Assembly: GCA_000990355.1 (NCBI GenBank)
Contig: LBSX01000003.1
Span: forward strand, 21,489-85,488
Direction of reading: 5' to 3'
Source: Candidatus Magasanikbacteria bacterium GW2011_GWC2_37_14
GTDB lineage: Bacteria; Patescibacteriota; Patescibacteriia; Magasanikbacterales; UBA922
Length of the DNA stretch: 64,000 bases
Position numbers and translations under genes: made by a program. The notes under the pieces were generated by a model. The model was given only the letters and a program-made list of their open reading frames with translations. It did no database searches and was not told where the DNA came from. Position 1 is the stretch's first letter, and each line of letters starts with the position of its first letter. Below are positions 22,101 through 28,795 of the stretch, one piece after another.

Positions 22101-24993
22101 TGGATTAGAATCTCAACCAGTAGTAGTAGGCGATAGTGGAGTGAGCGATGTAGATTGGGCATTGGGCGAAAGTGGTACTTTGGAAATAACTTTACAAAAT
22201 GCTTCAACAATTAGTAAGCTTTTTGCTGGAGTATTTAATCCAACAACTCAGCGTGGTTCGCATACTGGTTCTTGGCTTATTGATGGCACTAGTAAAAAAG
22301 CTAGTATTACTTTGCCAGCCGGTAGTTACCGATTGGATATAGGTTCGCCAGCTTATGGTCCGATTGTAGAAGGCCAAAATGTTACGGTAACTGGAGGTGT
22401 TACAACTCAGCTTACTTACAATGCCGCAGCCTCAGCCACTTGGGTTACTATTAGCGGTACAGTGACTTCCGATGGTAGTCCCGTATCAGGAGTAAATGTT
22501 TGGGCAGCGCGTTTAGCTGGACCTGGACATTATTCCGATCAAACCGACAGTAGTGGTAATTATTCTTTAACAGTACCAGGTAATCGAGCTTATTTTGCTG
22601 GAGTAGAGTATAGTGGTTATATTGCTGATGAGGGAGAAGTATCAATAAGCGTTACGACTGAAAATGTTGATCAAGATTTTACTTTAGCTAGCGCCCCATA
22701 TACGATTAGTGGTAAATTGATTAATCTTTCTGCTACAGCTTTGACTGAAGGTTGGGTATCGGCCAAGAAAACAATTGGCGATCGTGAAGTGTGGAAAGGT
22801 AGTCCGGTAGATGGAGCTGGTAATTACAGTATTAGTGTTAATGCCGGTGATTGGACTCTTTATGGTGAAGCCCCTTGTTATTATCGTAGTTCTGGAACAT
22901 CCTCGGTGGTTGTTGGTAGCAATGCTACTACCAATATTGCTTTAACCGCACGAGCTGGATGTAGTGTTGACAATGGTAAAATTTTTACAGTTATTGATAC
23001 GACTGGCGGACAGATTGTTACCGATGATGCTGTTATAAATATTCCAGCCAATGCTTTGGGCAGAACTGGCAATGCTGTAAACATCCGCATCTCACGTTCC
23101 AATTTGGCAGTTGGTTCTTCCAATGCTACTCCAATTGTACCAATTACTATTACTGCCACCGATAGTAGTGGTTCGTCTATTACCACTTTGAATAGCGCTG
23201 TAGAAATTAAATATAATTATGATGTGACCAAACTACCGGTAGGTTTTGATGAAAGTGATCTTTCATTTGGTTACTTTAGCGATTCTACTGGTCAGTGGGA
23301 AAGTGTGGCTGGCGTGGTGGATACCACCAATAATACTGTGACTGTAGAAGTGGAACACTTTACAGACTTTGGACCACTATTACCTGGTGTTCCTTCAGCC
23401 CCAGAAAATTTAGTAGCTACCGCCGCATCGACTAGCCAGATTGATCTTACTTGGAATACTGCTGCCAATGCGGATTCGTATATTATTTATGCTACGACAA
23501 CTAATTCTGGTGGTACATTTTATGCTGGTGATCAAATAGCTACTGGCGTTACTGAGACTAGTTATAGCCATACTACTTTGGATGCAGAAACGACTTGGTA
23601 TTATGAAGTAGCCGGGTACAATGAAAATGGCGAAGGTGCAAATTCTGATGTAGATAGTGCAACTACTGAAGCTGGTATTGATGGAATAACAGTTAGCCAA
23701 ACTACTCGAACAGTAGCCGAAGATAGCGGTACTGCTACTTACACTGTGGTTTTAGATTCAGTCCCTGGTGCTAGTGTGGTAATAACAGCGTCTGAAAGTA
23801 GTGCTGATTTTTCTGTGTCTCCCTCTACACTCACTTTTACCGTTGGTAATTGGAATACACCACAAACAGTTACGATTACTGCCACTAGTGATACTGATGT
23901 AGAAGGATCGGAAACTGCTGATATTGTTCACACAGCCGTAAGTGTGGTTGAAGATTATAATGGTATCAGTATTAGTAATGTCACTGTGACTGTTACGGAT
24001 AATGATTCAAATGGTAGTAGTGGCAGTAGTTCCTCCGACACCACTCCTCCAACCAACACCTCAATCAAGATTAATGAAAACGCTGTTACTGCACAATCCA
24101 ACCAAGTAATCCTGACTTTAGTAGCCAATGAAGCCACCCAAATGATCTTAAGCAATACTTCAGACTTTGCTGGTGCTACTTGGGAAGCATATGTTTCTAG
24201 TAAAATCTGGCTCTTAACCACTGGCGCTGGTACCAAGACTGTCTATGTTAAATTTAGAGATTCTAGCTTTAATGTTAGTTCAGTTGTTTCTGACAGCATT
24301 GATTACCTTTCGGCCACAGTCGTAGAAATTCCAGCCCCTGTAGTAGTAGTTACTCCACCAACCACTTGTGCTCTTACTACCAAATCTGCTTACAAACTGG
24401 CCACCTCTCCTGCTGTTTACTACATTACTCCTGAATGTACCAAACGAGCCTTTAACAAGTCTAATGTCTTCTTTACTTACTTCACATCATGGAATGATGT
24501 TCAAATCACCACTAAAGAAAAACTAGACTCCATCCCCAACGACACCCTTGGTTTTATGCCCTGGGGCCCTAAGTATGATCCTAAATATGGTGCTCTAGTA
24601 AAGATTGTCACTGATCCTAAGGTTTATTTACTCTTAGGTACAGAAAAGTACTGGATTACTTCCGAAGCAGTCTTTAACACGCTTAAATACTCTTGGAACT
24701 GGATCGAAGACATTGACCCAGACTTACTCAACAAATACACCACTGGTAGTGAAATAACCAACACCACTGTCCACCCTAATTACACCCTAATTAAGTACGC
24801 CAACAATTCTAAGGTTTACCGTCTAGACCCCGGCTCCGCTGAAGCTACGCCGGGCAAGCCAGAATTATATGGTAAACAAGTTAAACGTTGGATACCAAAC
24901 GAAACAATCTTTAATTCTCTTAACTTTAGATTGGATAGAATAGTTACCATACCTGATACAGAAGTTTACGAGATGGGTGAGAATTTAAAGTAA
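13105..24993 (+). CDS. Giant (3962 aa) surface protein: Asp-box/propeller-like modules alternating with FN3 domains, then carboxypeptidase-regulatory-like and Calx-beta-like domains
   Basis: Signal peptide; S-x-D/N-G-x-x-W motifs; PTGLTATP..IDLTW..YYYKVAA FN3 repeats; VEHFTDF; TLTFTVGNWNTPQTVT. Confidence 0.8.
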   Translation: MSSSQKIFLGYFQKITLVFVFVLIGVLFPQVFGLKISESKAVTFSSSALISEDSPGVKDMVKLKKINGIYYLINKPSGSGPLKMATSSDGINWSSFSNIANGINSDYDFGYYANGGYFYAVFSNFNYTDGASSEIVITTSSDAITWSATSTAVSVIGDGGPIYLSVLSSSNYLTLAYTRDFPLSKNYEFLLATSTNGISWSTSTIATELELMVEGFVADSDGSMHALYSYISDENYNTSTEVYLEYAKSTDGGVTWSTSTFGRTDYQFYSSDRTAAIAIDSNGNPGVVYYTIDEIDEPNSCTWDVEGEEWTGDCNVTTSIRYAKYSGSAWASSTVVTFPLLIADTSYGLGIKPSLTFAENNEALFVGAGSNFYPYLITNTNTLDINQFTITQIDSKAMDGYSPWDSGVSMIFNTNTLGVDIAFIGDDGSSTDRDVFYTTSTAVVAPVSPTGLTATPSTTTQIDLTWNSTGGATSYILYGSEDNFSTTSTVTTTASTSYSDTGLTASITYYYKIAAINEIGTGVASASVNTTTLADAPAYDGNLPLVSNDAKTKLLWVNDVYYYAFSSSTGSDYNVYLTTSTNGGTGTWSEPQLIFASVKPTVGGSQSDNGLFAFEYNSFGNYFGVAAFASSTFGAGGTYEVWFSSSTNGSSWSATSTVASGLPSSDAERQIYMDFSSQEEFVGVFVKSTFGTNYKVYYSTSTGSSWDNSGALTFETDTYPVSLGFGISGTGVSRQFHTAYYGTSGNFDIIYASSTDNVGTSWTTTTVASNVSISLPGIGDVRFSYLNSFTLDDNGLPGLIYYDITTSTPDYHTTSSLIYAKRDGNSVWTSETIADDISITLVSHYYFEPANLTFYDTDKPIIFTSESNLYPMAIVNTSSQWSSLFEGGSAMGDFTELSSAYNTTSEFWAGSYVTADGQLYFVTSSLTSLVVIPDTPTGLTATPVSSVQIDLTWNSSAGATSYVLYSATTSGFVVTTTVTTTALTSFSNTGLTASAQYYYKVAAANAIGTSISSMAVNTTTLAGAPAYGGNLPVLPANSIQKLVYANSLYYLAFTSSTGGLWDIYITTSTNGVSGTWSEPILISPEIVKIDDNGPQFFDFIFNTTANNLGLVYIASTTGITYFTTSTNAISWSTGVNTMSPVGGYFNFDYKGDNVLVVSKNNTLNVHSSQSSYSTDGGSSWVTSAVFSRDVSGAGDPSGAILGAQIGGDGSVHMLYFSSGDGGATPHQLIYASSTDNGVSWVDTTVGTEIGNDGLGLEWGTLSLDSNDDPGVLYAEANDFDGSNITTTIRLAKRSTLGVWATSTIYYPASATGVSGFPKYPKLEFIGSDYPLAFHFGNNYNPVWSVSTTTDPYVYTNNTLNEDVVGNNTSLGLVYTTSTEIVGMSYIDNAGQLYFATSSLTLPAGIPATPTGLTATPISATQIDVAWDSSVGATSYNLYASSDNFVADNNLVTTTVLTSYSHTGIPANFTVYYKISAVNAYGESASSTAVSTTTLSDIIAFDGNLPAVPGNLSNTKLLYVDNLYYLFFTSTTVTSSFDLYLTTSTNGVAGTWSEPQIIFSEMPVFEMDQAIATFGAEYNSTAGYLAFSAISSSTGHIIVATSTNGVTWGQVDTGLVGTYGNIINGMSFASGTNFGVVAYDFTSYLYSTDNWQTINTSTIPVNYDDGGFVSGINAYYPGSGSVIVQAVYGTTATTTDYIFVTTTNHVDFGTTTLVTGLDGGIWNNSFAVDSSGNAGFVYVTSTVAKFLYHNTDGSWSTSNLGVGHQVGKFDLQFFNGAPFAVYAGAYDLAVFAYSTSSPYVFTEITDIGAGKTVGSNTKMSTVYDDATNIVTAVFATASNTLMFVTTSLDLAVSSGSAPIAPSGLGTVVATSSITISWADNSSDEDGFVIQQSLNGVEYSTIATVSANITSTVISSLYPNTRYWEKVASYNTSGTSTYTASNDDYTNPVAPGTPTISNVSTSTLTATWSDNSNGSGTVYYVNYTGGFVTTSATTTNITGLTPNTEYTFAVRTQYLSSSTLYTSYSASSTPTTTLSAGSVPNAPTDIVVTNITTSTMDILWTDNSSDEDGFTLDYSIDGVSSWISGTTTEYTVVVDSLLLNTQYWFRVAAYNSFGTSTFVTSTGDYTNPVTPGTPTISNVSTSSVTATWSDSSNYAGTVYYVNYAGGFVTTSATTTNIIGLTPNTEYTFAVRAQYLSSSTLYTEYSASSTPPTTTLNVVAPEASFDLTIGQYDNLFAAASGTSWTFDVTFDSALDEGDVIQFIWPWMENSDNFNLDNTSVSATDVTLYRHYDPFGGGQDEGVERYHDEGTNEEKFYGYLNSSLSAGSSISITFADVINPYPFSGNGGSGFSNLPIYVKAGTPEEMMPGGSLTVEKFSTSTAISLVKGGGVIVSDYNSGISASSYATSTEASYTFAFTATSSIPNGGNIVVVMPTGFDISGAYLSGDQNINGAGATVSSTAITTSTYHDMQRIFLAISNTSTSPGDTITVTIDGLINPSSKGVYRGLYVYTAEGNDGLIDGSIGGFDPSEYDGPPPVDTIHIGGDNDISVTVYKDNGGVITLLSEEEAALLKIGMDCPDRKFYVGSRYLNASATASFQNLLDCNYAVWVEPINEDQETMASFMMSYLPPARKMIQATDGASVSSTLTFGLPDAVLTLSLSNLPANYDSWISAYAYSDKYMGFSPVFTDTSYTTPGTNGSGVGYVRINVKQGENWKVGIEGESVSYSGNNYWPPTFSSAYIGSSTVALGDFPYILADKTLTVSLLDSGNDNPVTDACVSVTQSNSGGFFGKSQGNICQPNSGNNYVFKVPQGSVVVNVERFGSKMQQYPVSVGALGATKEIYMEAPDNYIAVTVEDSDGNPVNGAGVFAYGQGGHAEGMTGTAGTTTLYLNSGIYSVEAFVPGFGQLTRQTNITVSEEINPAVTFTLNSGSFEQISGRIYYDLNSNDQYDDGIDTPVSQMKMGAGSDDGTNNGGGAETADDGTYTIYVPSTGNYNVSGWSKNTGGLESQPVVVGDSGVSDVDWALGESGTLEITLQNASTISKLFAGVFNPTTQRGSHTGSWLIDGTSKKASITLPAGSYRLDIGSPAYGPIVEGQNVTVTGGVTTQLTYNAAASATWVTISGTVTSDGSPVSGVNVWAARLAGPGHYSDQTDSSGNYSLTVPGNRAYFAGVEYSGYIADEGEVSISVTTENVDQDFTLASAPYTISGKLINLSATALTEGWVSAKKTIGDREVWKGSPVDGAGNYSISVNAGDWTLYGEAPCYYRSSGTSSVVVGSNATTNIALTARAGCSVDNGKIFTVIDTTGGQIVTDDAVINIPANALGRTGNAVNIRISRSNLAVGSSNATPIVPITITATDSSGSSITTLNSAVEIKYNYDVTKLPVGFDESDLSFGYFSDSTGQWESVAGVVDTTNNTVTVEVEHFTDFGPLLPGVPSAPENLVATAASTSQIDLTWNTAANADSYIIYATTTNSGGTFYAGDQIATGVTETSYSHTTLDAETTWYYEVAGYNENGEGANSDVDSATTEAGIDGITVSQTTRTVAEDSGTATYTVVLDSVPGASVVITASESSADFSVSPSTLTFTVGNWNTPQTVTITATSDTDVEGSETADIVHTAVSVVEDYNGISISNVTVTVTDNDSNGSSGSSSSDTTPPTNTSIKINENAVTAQSNQVILTLVANEATQMILSNTSDFAGATWEAYVSSKIWLLTTGAGTKTVYVKFRDSSFNVSSVVSDSIDYLSATVVEIPAPVVVVTPPTTCALTTKSAYKLATSPAVYYITPECTKRAFNKSNVFFTYFTSWNDVQITTKEKLDSIPNDTLGFMPWGPKYDPKYGALVKIVTDPKVYLLLGTEKYWITSEAVFNTLKYSWNWIEDIDPDLLNKYTTGSEITNTTVHPNYTLIKYANNSKVYRLDPGSAEATPGKPELYGKQVKRWIPNETIFNSLNFRLDRIVTIPDTEVYEMGENLK
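18931..19740 (+). repeat. Internal near-identical FN3 duplication (540-nt spacing)
   Basis: NPVAPGTPTISNVSTS...GLTPNTEYTFAVRTQYLSSSTLY versus NPVTPGTPTISNVSTS...GLTPNTEYTFAVRAQYLSSSTLY. Confidence 0.85.
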
Positions 24994-25000
24994 TAAAATA

Positions 25001-25028
25001 AAAATCCCTCGTAAGAACGAGGGATTTT
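25001..25028. terminator. Intrinsic terminator
   Basis: aaaatccctcgt-aaga-acgagggatttt. Confidence 0.75.
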
Positions 25029-25083
25029 GTTTGACATAATTATCGTGTTTGTTATACTAAATATATATTCTTAATATTATTTT

Positions 25084-25368
25084 ATGGGAGAAGGTTTTAG
25101 AAAATTTATTAGAGATGCTGGTAAGATTGGTTTAGTTCTCGGTGCATTACATGGTTCACCAGACAAGGCCGAAGCCAAGCCGATTGTTCCACCCGAGAAT
25201 AATCGTCTTGCGGAGATTATTGATGGTGATAAAAAAGTTGCCGAACGTGATCCAGCACTTATACCGGCTGATGTTATGGAACATTATAGAGAACATAGTA
25301 AAGATGATGATACTGATGCTCGCGATGATGGTGGAGACGAAGCATACAGACCAGAAAAAAGAAAATAA
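25084..25368 (+). CDS. Hypothetical protein
   Basis: 94-aa ORF after a TTGACA-16-TATACT promoter (25031-25058). Confidence 0.55.
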   Translation: MGEGFRKFIRDAGKIGLVLGALHGSPDKAEAKPIVPPENNRLAEIIDGDKKVAERDPALIPADVMEHYREHSKDDDTDARDDGGDEAYRPEKRK

Positions 25369-25385
25369 TTTTTTAATTTTATATT

Positions 25386-25751
25386 ATGGAAGAACAAAAT
25401 CAAACACCGCAATCTGTGTTACCAATACAAATGAAATCTGGGCCAGGTGACGTGCAGGAAAATAAAATTTTAGCTATTATTGGCTATTTGGGTATACTTT
25501 GTCTTATCCCTTTACTTTTAAAAAGAGACAGTCAATTTGCTCAGTATCATGGTAAACAAGGTGTAATGCTTTTGATTGGCTGGGTGGTTATAAATGTGGT
25601 AATGGTGGTGCCAATTTTGGGCTGGATTGTTGGTTTTGTGGGTAATATTGCTTGTTTGGTGCTAATGATTGTAGGTATTGTGAATGCTGCCCAAGGACAA
25701 ATGAAAGAATTGCCTTGGATTGGAAAGTACGCTGGCAAAATAAATCTTTAA
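25386..25751 (+). CDS. DUF4870/Tic20-like small membrane protein
   Basis: ENKILAIIGYLGILCLIPLL...QYHGKQG...ELPWIG. Confidence 0.75.
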   Translation: MEEQNQTPQSVLPIQMKSGPGDVQENKILAIIGYLGILCLIPLLLKRDSQFAQYHGKQGVMLLIGWVVINVVMVVPILGWIVGFVGNIACLVLMIVGIVNAAQGQMKELPWIGKYAGKINL

Positions 25752-25837
25752 CAGGGTTTATTAACACTGGTAGATGAGAGTTTGCCAGTGTTTTATTTTT
25801 TAAATGTTTTTGATGTAGGATTTAAGACATAGGTTAT

Positions 25838-26194
25838 ATGAGTGATATTGAAAAATGGAGAAAATTAGATGTCTGGTTGAAAGCACATAAATTAGTTGTT
25901 GAAGTTTATAGAATTACAGAAATTTTTCCTAATCATGAACTATATTGTTTGGTCTCGCAGATAAGACGCGCTGCTATTTCTATAGTTGCTAATATTGTGG
26001 AAGGTACAAAAAGGCAAACGTCAAAAGATAGAGTACATTTTTATGTAATGTCAGACACTTCTCTTGAAGAGTTGAAATATTACTTCATTTTAAGTTATAA
26101 TCTACATTATATAGATTTGCAGAAAGCTAGCCTTCTAACTGAGAAGGCTAGAACTGTTGGCCGAATGCTGAACGGACTAATTAAGTGTCAATAA
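25838..26194 (+). CDS. Four-helix-bundle protein (23S rRNA-IVP / bAvd-like family)
   Basis: LDVWLKAH, FPNHELYCLVSQIRRAAISIVANIVEG, SLEEL, MLNGLI. Confidence 0.9.
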   Translation: MSDIEKWRKLDVWLKAHKLVVEVYRITEIFPNHELYCLVSQIRRAAISIVANIVEGTKRQTSKDRVHFYVMSDTSLEELKYYFILSYNLHYIDLQKASLLTEKARTVGRMLNGLIKCQ

Positions 26195-26234
26195 AATCTT
26201 ATATCCTAGGCCATATATCTTAAACCCGTATAAT

Positions 26235-27386
26235 ATGGAAATACATGAGTTGGTACAAAGTTTAGTAGAATTAAATAAAAAACTTGTAAATTTACAAGTG
26301 ATGTTAAAGTTATCGGAAAAAGAAAAAGAAATAAAAATTTTAGCAGAAAAAATGAATGAAAATGGTTTTTGGAACAACCAAGAAGAAGCAACCAAAGTAA
26401 GCAAACGTTTAAGTTATTTGCAAAATGAACAAACAGAATGGAAAAAATTATCTAGTCAAGTTGTTGATTTGTTGGAAATGGCCAAACTAGATGAAGAAGA
26501 TAAAGATGTAAATTTACGTGAGGAATTGGAAAAACAATACAAAATTATAAATAAAGCAATCAATCATTTGGAATTTAATACTCTAATGAGTGAAAAATAT
26601 GATGACCACAATGCGATTGTGGCCATTCACTCGGGAAGTGGTGGAACCGAAGCACAAGACTGGGCCGAAATATTACTTCGCATGTATTTAAAATATTCAG
26701 AAAACAAGAATTGGAAAATAATGATGATTGATGAAACACGCGGGCAAGAGGCGGGAATAAAATCAGCAGTGTTTAGAGTTGAAGGTGACCCTTCGGCTAG
26801 TGCTCCCCTCGGCGTGAGCTCGGGCCGAACGCAGGGCGGGTTTGTTTATGGACATTTAAAATCCGAACACGGTACTCATCGCTTAGTTAGAATTTCTCCA
26901 TTTGACGCAGAAAAAATGCGTCATACTTCTTTTGCTTTAGTAGAAGTAATTCCGGAGCTGGAGGAAAGCGAAAGTTTACAAATTGATGCTAAAGATTTGC
27001 GTGTAGATACTTTTATGTCTGGTGGTAAGGGTGGACAATCTGTTAATACTACTTATTCCGCAGTACGTATAGTTCATATTCCCACAGGTACCACTGTACA
27101 ATGTCAAAATGAACGCAGTCAACAACAAAACAAAGAAATGGCATTAAAAATTTTACAATCCAAACTACAAAAAATAAAAGATGAGGAAGAAGATAAAGAA
27201 AAACAAAAATTACGTGGAGAATACAAGAGCCCAGAGTGGGGTAGTCAAATTCGTTCTTATGTACTCCACCCATATCACCTAGTAAAAGATTTGCGTACAG
27301 ATTATGAGACGACCGATGACAAAAGTGTTTTGGAAGGGAATTTGGATGAGTTTGTGGAGAGTTATTTAAGGTGGAAAAAGAAATAA
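26235..27386 (+). CDS. prfB: Peptide chain release factor 2
   Basis: GGTEAQDW, HRLVRISPF (SPF motif), GGQ, WGSQIRSYV. Continuous ORF with an in-frame palindrome insert. Confidence 0.96.
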   Translation: MEIHELVQSLVELNKKLVNLQVMLKLSEKEKEIKILAEKMNENGFWNNQEEATKVSKRLSYLQNEQTEWKKLSSQVVDLLEMAKLDEEDKDVNLREELEKQYKIINKAINHLEFNTLMSEKYDDHNAIVAIHSGSGGTEAQDWAEILLRMYLKYSENKNWKIMMIDETRGQEAGIKSAVFRVEGDPSASAPLGVSSGRTQGGFVYGHLKSEHGTHRLVRISPFDAEKMRHTSFALVEVIPELEESESLQIDAKDLRVDTFMSGGKGGQSVNTTYSAVRIVHIPTGTTVQCQNERSQQQNKEMALKILQSKLQKIKDEEEDKEKQKLRGEYKSPEWGSQIRSYVLHPYHLVKDLRTDYETTDDKSVLEGNLDEFVESYLRWKKK

Positions 27387-27503
27387 AATTTTCAATGATC
27401 AATTTACAATTTACAATAAATTATCAATTTTCAATTACCATTAGTGATTGAAAATTGTGTCATTGTAAATTTATTGAAAATTGAAAAATGAAAATTGGTA
27501 ATT
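27387..27503. repeat. Gene-less copy of inverted heptamer frame (CAATTTA / TAAATTG)
   Basis: ttttcaatgatcaatttacaatttacaataaa...tttattgaaaattgaaaaatgaaaattg; resembles the flanks of 49644-50006. Confidence 0.75.
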
Positions 27504-28196
27504 ATGAACATTATTGAAAAAGAAAAAGCATTGGATTACTTGCGATCTGGTAAAATAATTATTTTTCCTACCGAAACCTCGTACGGTCTTGGTTGTGATG
27601 CGACCAATCAACAAGCAGTAGATAAAATTTTTAAAATAAAAGGCCGTCGTGGTGACAAACCTCTTTTAGTAATAGTGCCGACAATAGAAATGGCCAAAGA
27701 ATATTTGGAGTGGAATGATTTGTTGGAAAAGATTGCGACAAAATATTGGTTTACCCGCCGAAGCCCTAGCGAAGGCGGGCCTGGTCCACTGACTGTGGTG
27801 GGCATGTCATTGCGAGGAAGCCGGTTCGCATCGGCTGACGAAGCAATCCCAATGGGATCGCCACACCCCTTACTGCGTGGGGTTCGCGATGACAGACTCG
27901 CCAGTGGCGTGGTGTCTAAAGATAAAACTATTGCCGTTCGTGTTACTAATGCCGAGATACCAAAATATTTATCCGAACAATTAGGCAGGCCAGTAGTAGC
28001 GACTTCGGCAAATTTGGCAGATCTAGGTGATGTTTACAGTGGCGAAGAGCTAATAAAAATGTATGAAGGACGAGAAATTCAACCAGATGCAATTATTAAT
28101 GCTGGAATTTTACCATCAAATCCACCAACGACGATTGTAAGTGTAGTTGGGGGAGAGTTGAAAGTATTACGGCAGGGTGAAGTGAAAGTCGTTTAA
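27504..28196 (+). CDS. tsaC: L-threonylcarbamoyladenylate synthase (Sua5/TsaC)
   Basis: FPTETSYGLGCDA, KIKGR..KPL, PGPLT, ATSAN, VLRQG; two in-frame repeat inserts. Confidence 0.93.
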   Translation: MNIIEKEKALDYLRSGKIIIFPTETSYGLGCDATNQQAVDKIFKIKGRRGDKPLLVIVPTIEMAKEYLEWNDLLEKIATKYWFTRRSPSEGGPGPLTVVGMSLRGSRFASADEAIPMGSPHPLLRGVRDDRLASGVVSKDKTIAVRVTNAEIPKYLSEQLGRPVVATSANLADLGDVYSGEELIKMYEGREIQPDAIINAGILPSNPPTTIVSVVGGELKVLRQGEVKVV

Positions 28197-28199
28197 CTG

Positions 28200-28790
28200 A
28201 ATCCTCCTGGAGTTTATCCCGTACCAGGTTACGGGGAAGGAGGAGTACCCCGACTGCGACGTCGGGGGCAGAAGGCGTTCGTTTTCCTCCCCTTTATAAG
28301 GGGAGGATTAAGGAGGGGTAGTATGACAGATTTATACAACAAAAAAGAATATACATTCATTAGACGTAAACTAAGAAAAGAAACACCTAAAGGGGAACAA
28401 ATACTCTGGCAGAAATTAAGACGTAAAACATTGGGTTGTAAATTCCGTCGTCAGTATGGTATTGGTAAGTATGTAGTGGACTTTTACTGTCAAGAATTAC
28501 GTTTAGCAATAGAAGTAGATGGTATTACGCACGAAGATAAAGCAGACTACGAAAAAGAAAGAAATCAATTTTTAAAATGTAAAAACATAAAAGTATTACA
28601 TTTTCGTAGTGAAGAAATATTTTACAATTTAGATAACCTTGTTGAAGGCTTGTATAATCTCTGTGAAGAACTTAAAACTAAACTTTAAACCTTACCCCCA
28701 CCTAGCCTCCCCCTTATAAAGGGGGAGGAAACCACCCCGTCTCCGACCTGCGAAGGTCGGAGACACCCCTCCTTACGAAGGAGGGGTCAG
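28200..28790. mobile_element. DUF559 nuclease gene inside inverted CCCC-TT-AA-GGGG palindrome frame
   Basis: Left arm ttcctcccctttataaggggaggattaaggaggggta is mirrored by right arm tacccccacctagcctcccccttataaagggggaggaa. Confidence 0.7.
28323..28688 (+). CDS. DUF559 / Vsr-like endonuclease domain protein
   Basis: RKLRKETPKGEQILW, KFRRQY.IGKYVVDFYC, IEVDGITH. Confidence 0.9.
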   Translation: MTDLYNKKEYTFIRRKLRKETPKGEQILWQKLRRKTLGCKFRRQYGIGKYVVDFYCQELRLAIEVDGITHEDKADYEKERNQFLKCKNIKVLHFRSEEIFYNLDNLVEGLYNLCEELKTKL

Positions 28791-28795
28791 ACACT

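Noticed and set aside
25838-26194. bAvd-like gene as part of a diversity-generating retroelement
   Set aside because: No reverse transcriptase and no TR/VR pair with adenine-specific mismatches seen in the window.
27805-27894. Inserts in tsaC, rsmA and prfB as inteins or self-splicing introns
   Set aside because: Too short, no C/S...HN intein ends or group I/II cores; they are DNA palindromes with dispersed copies.
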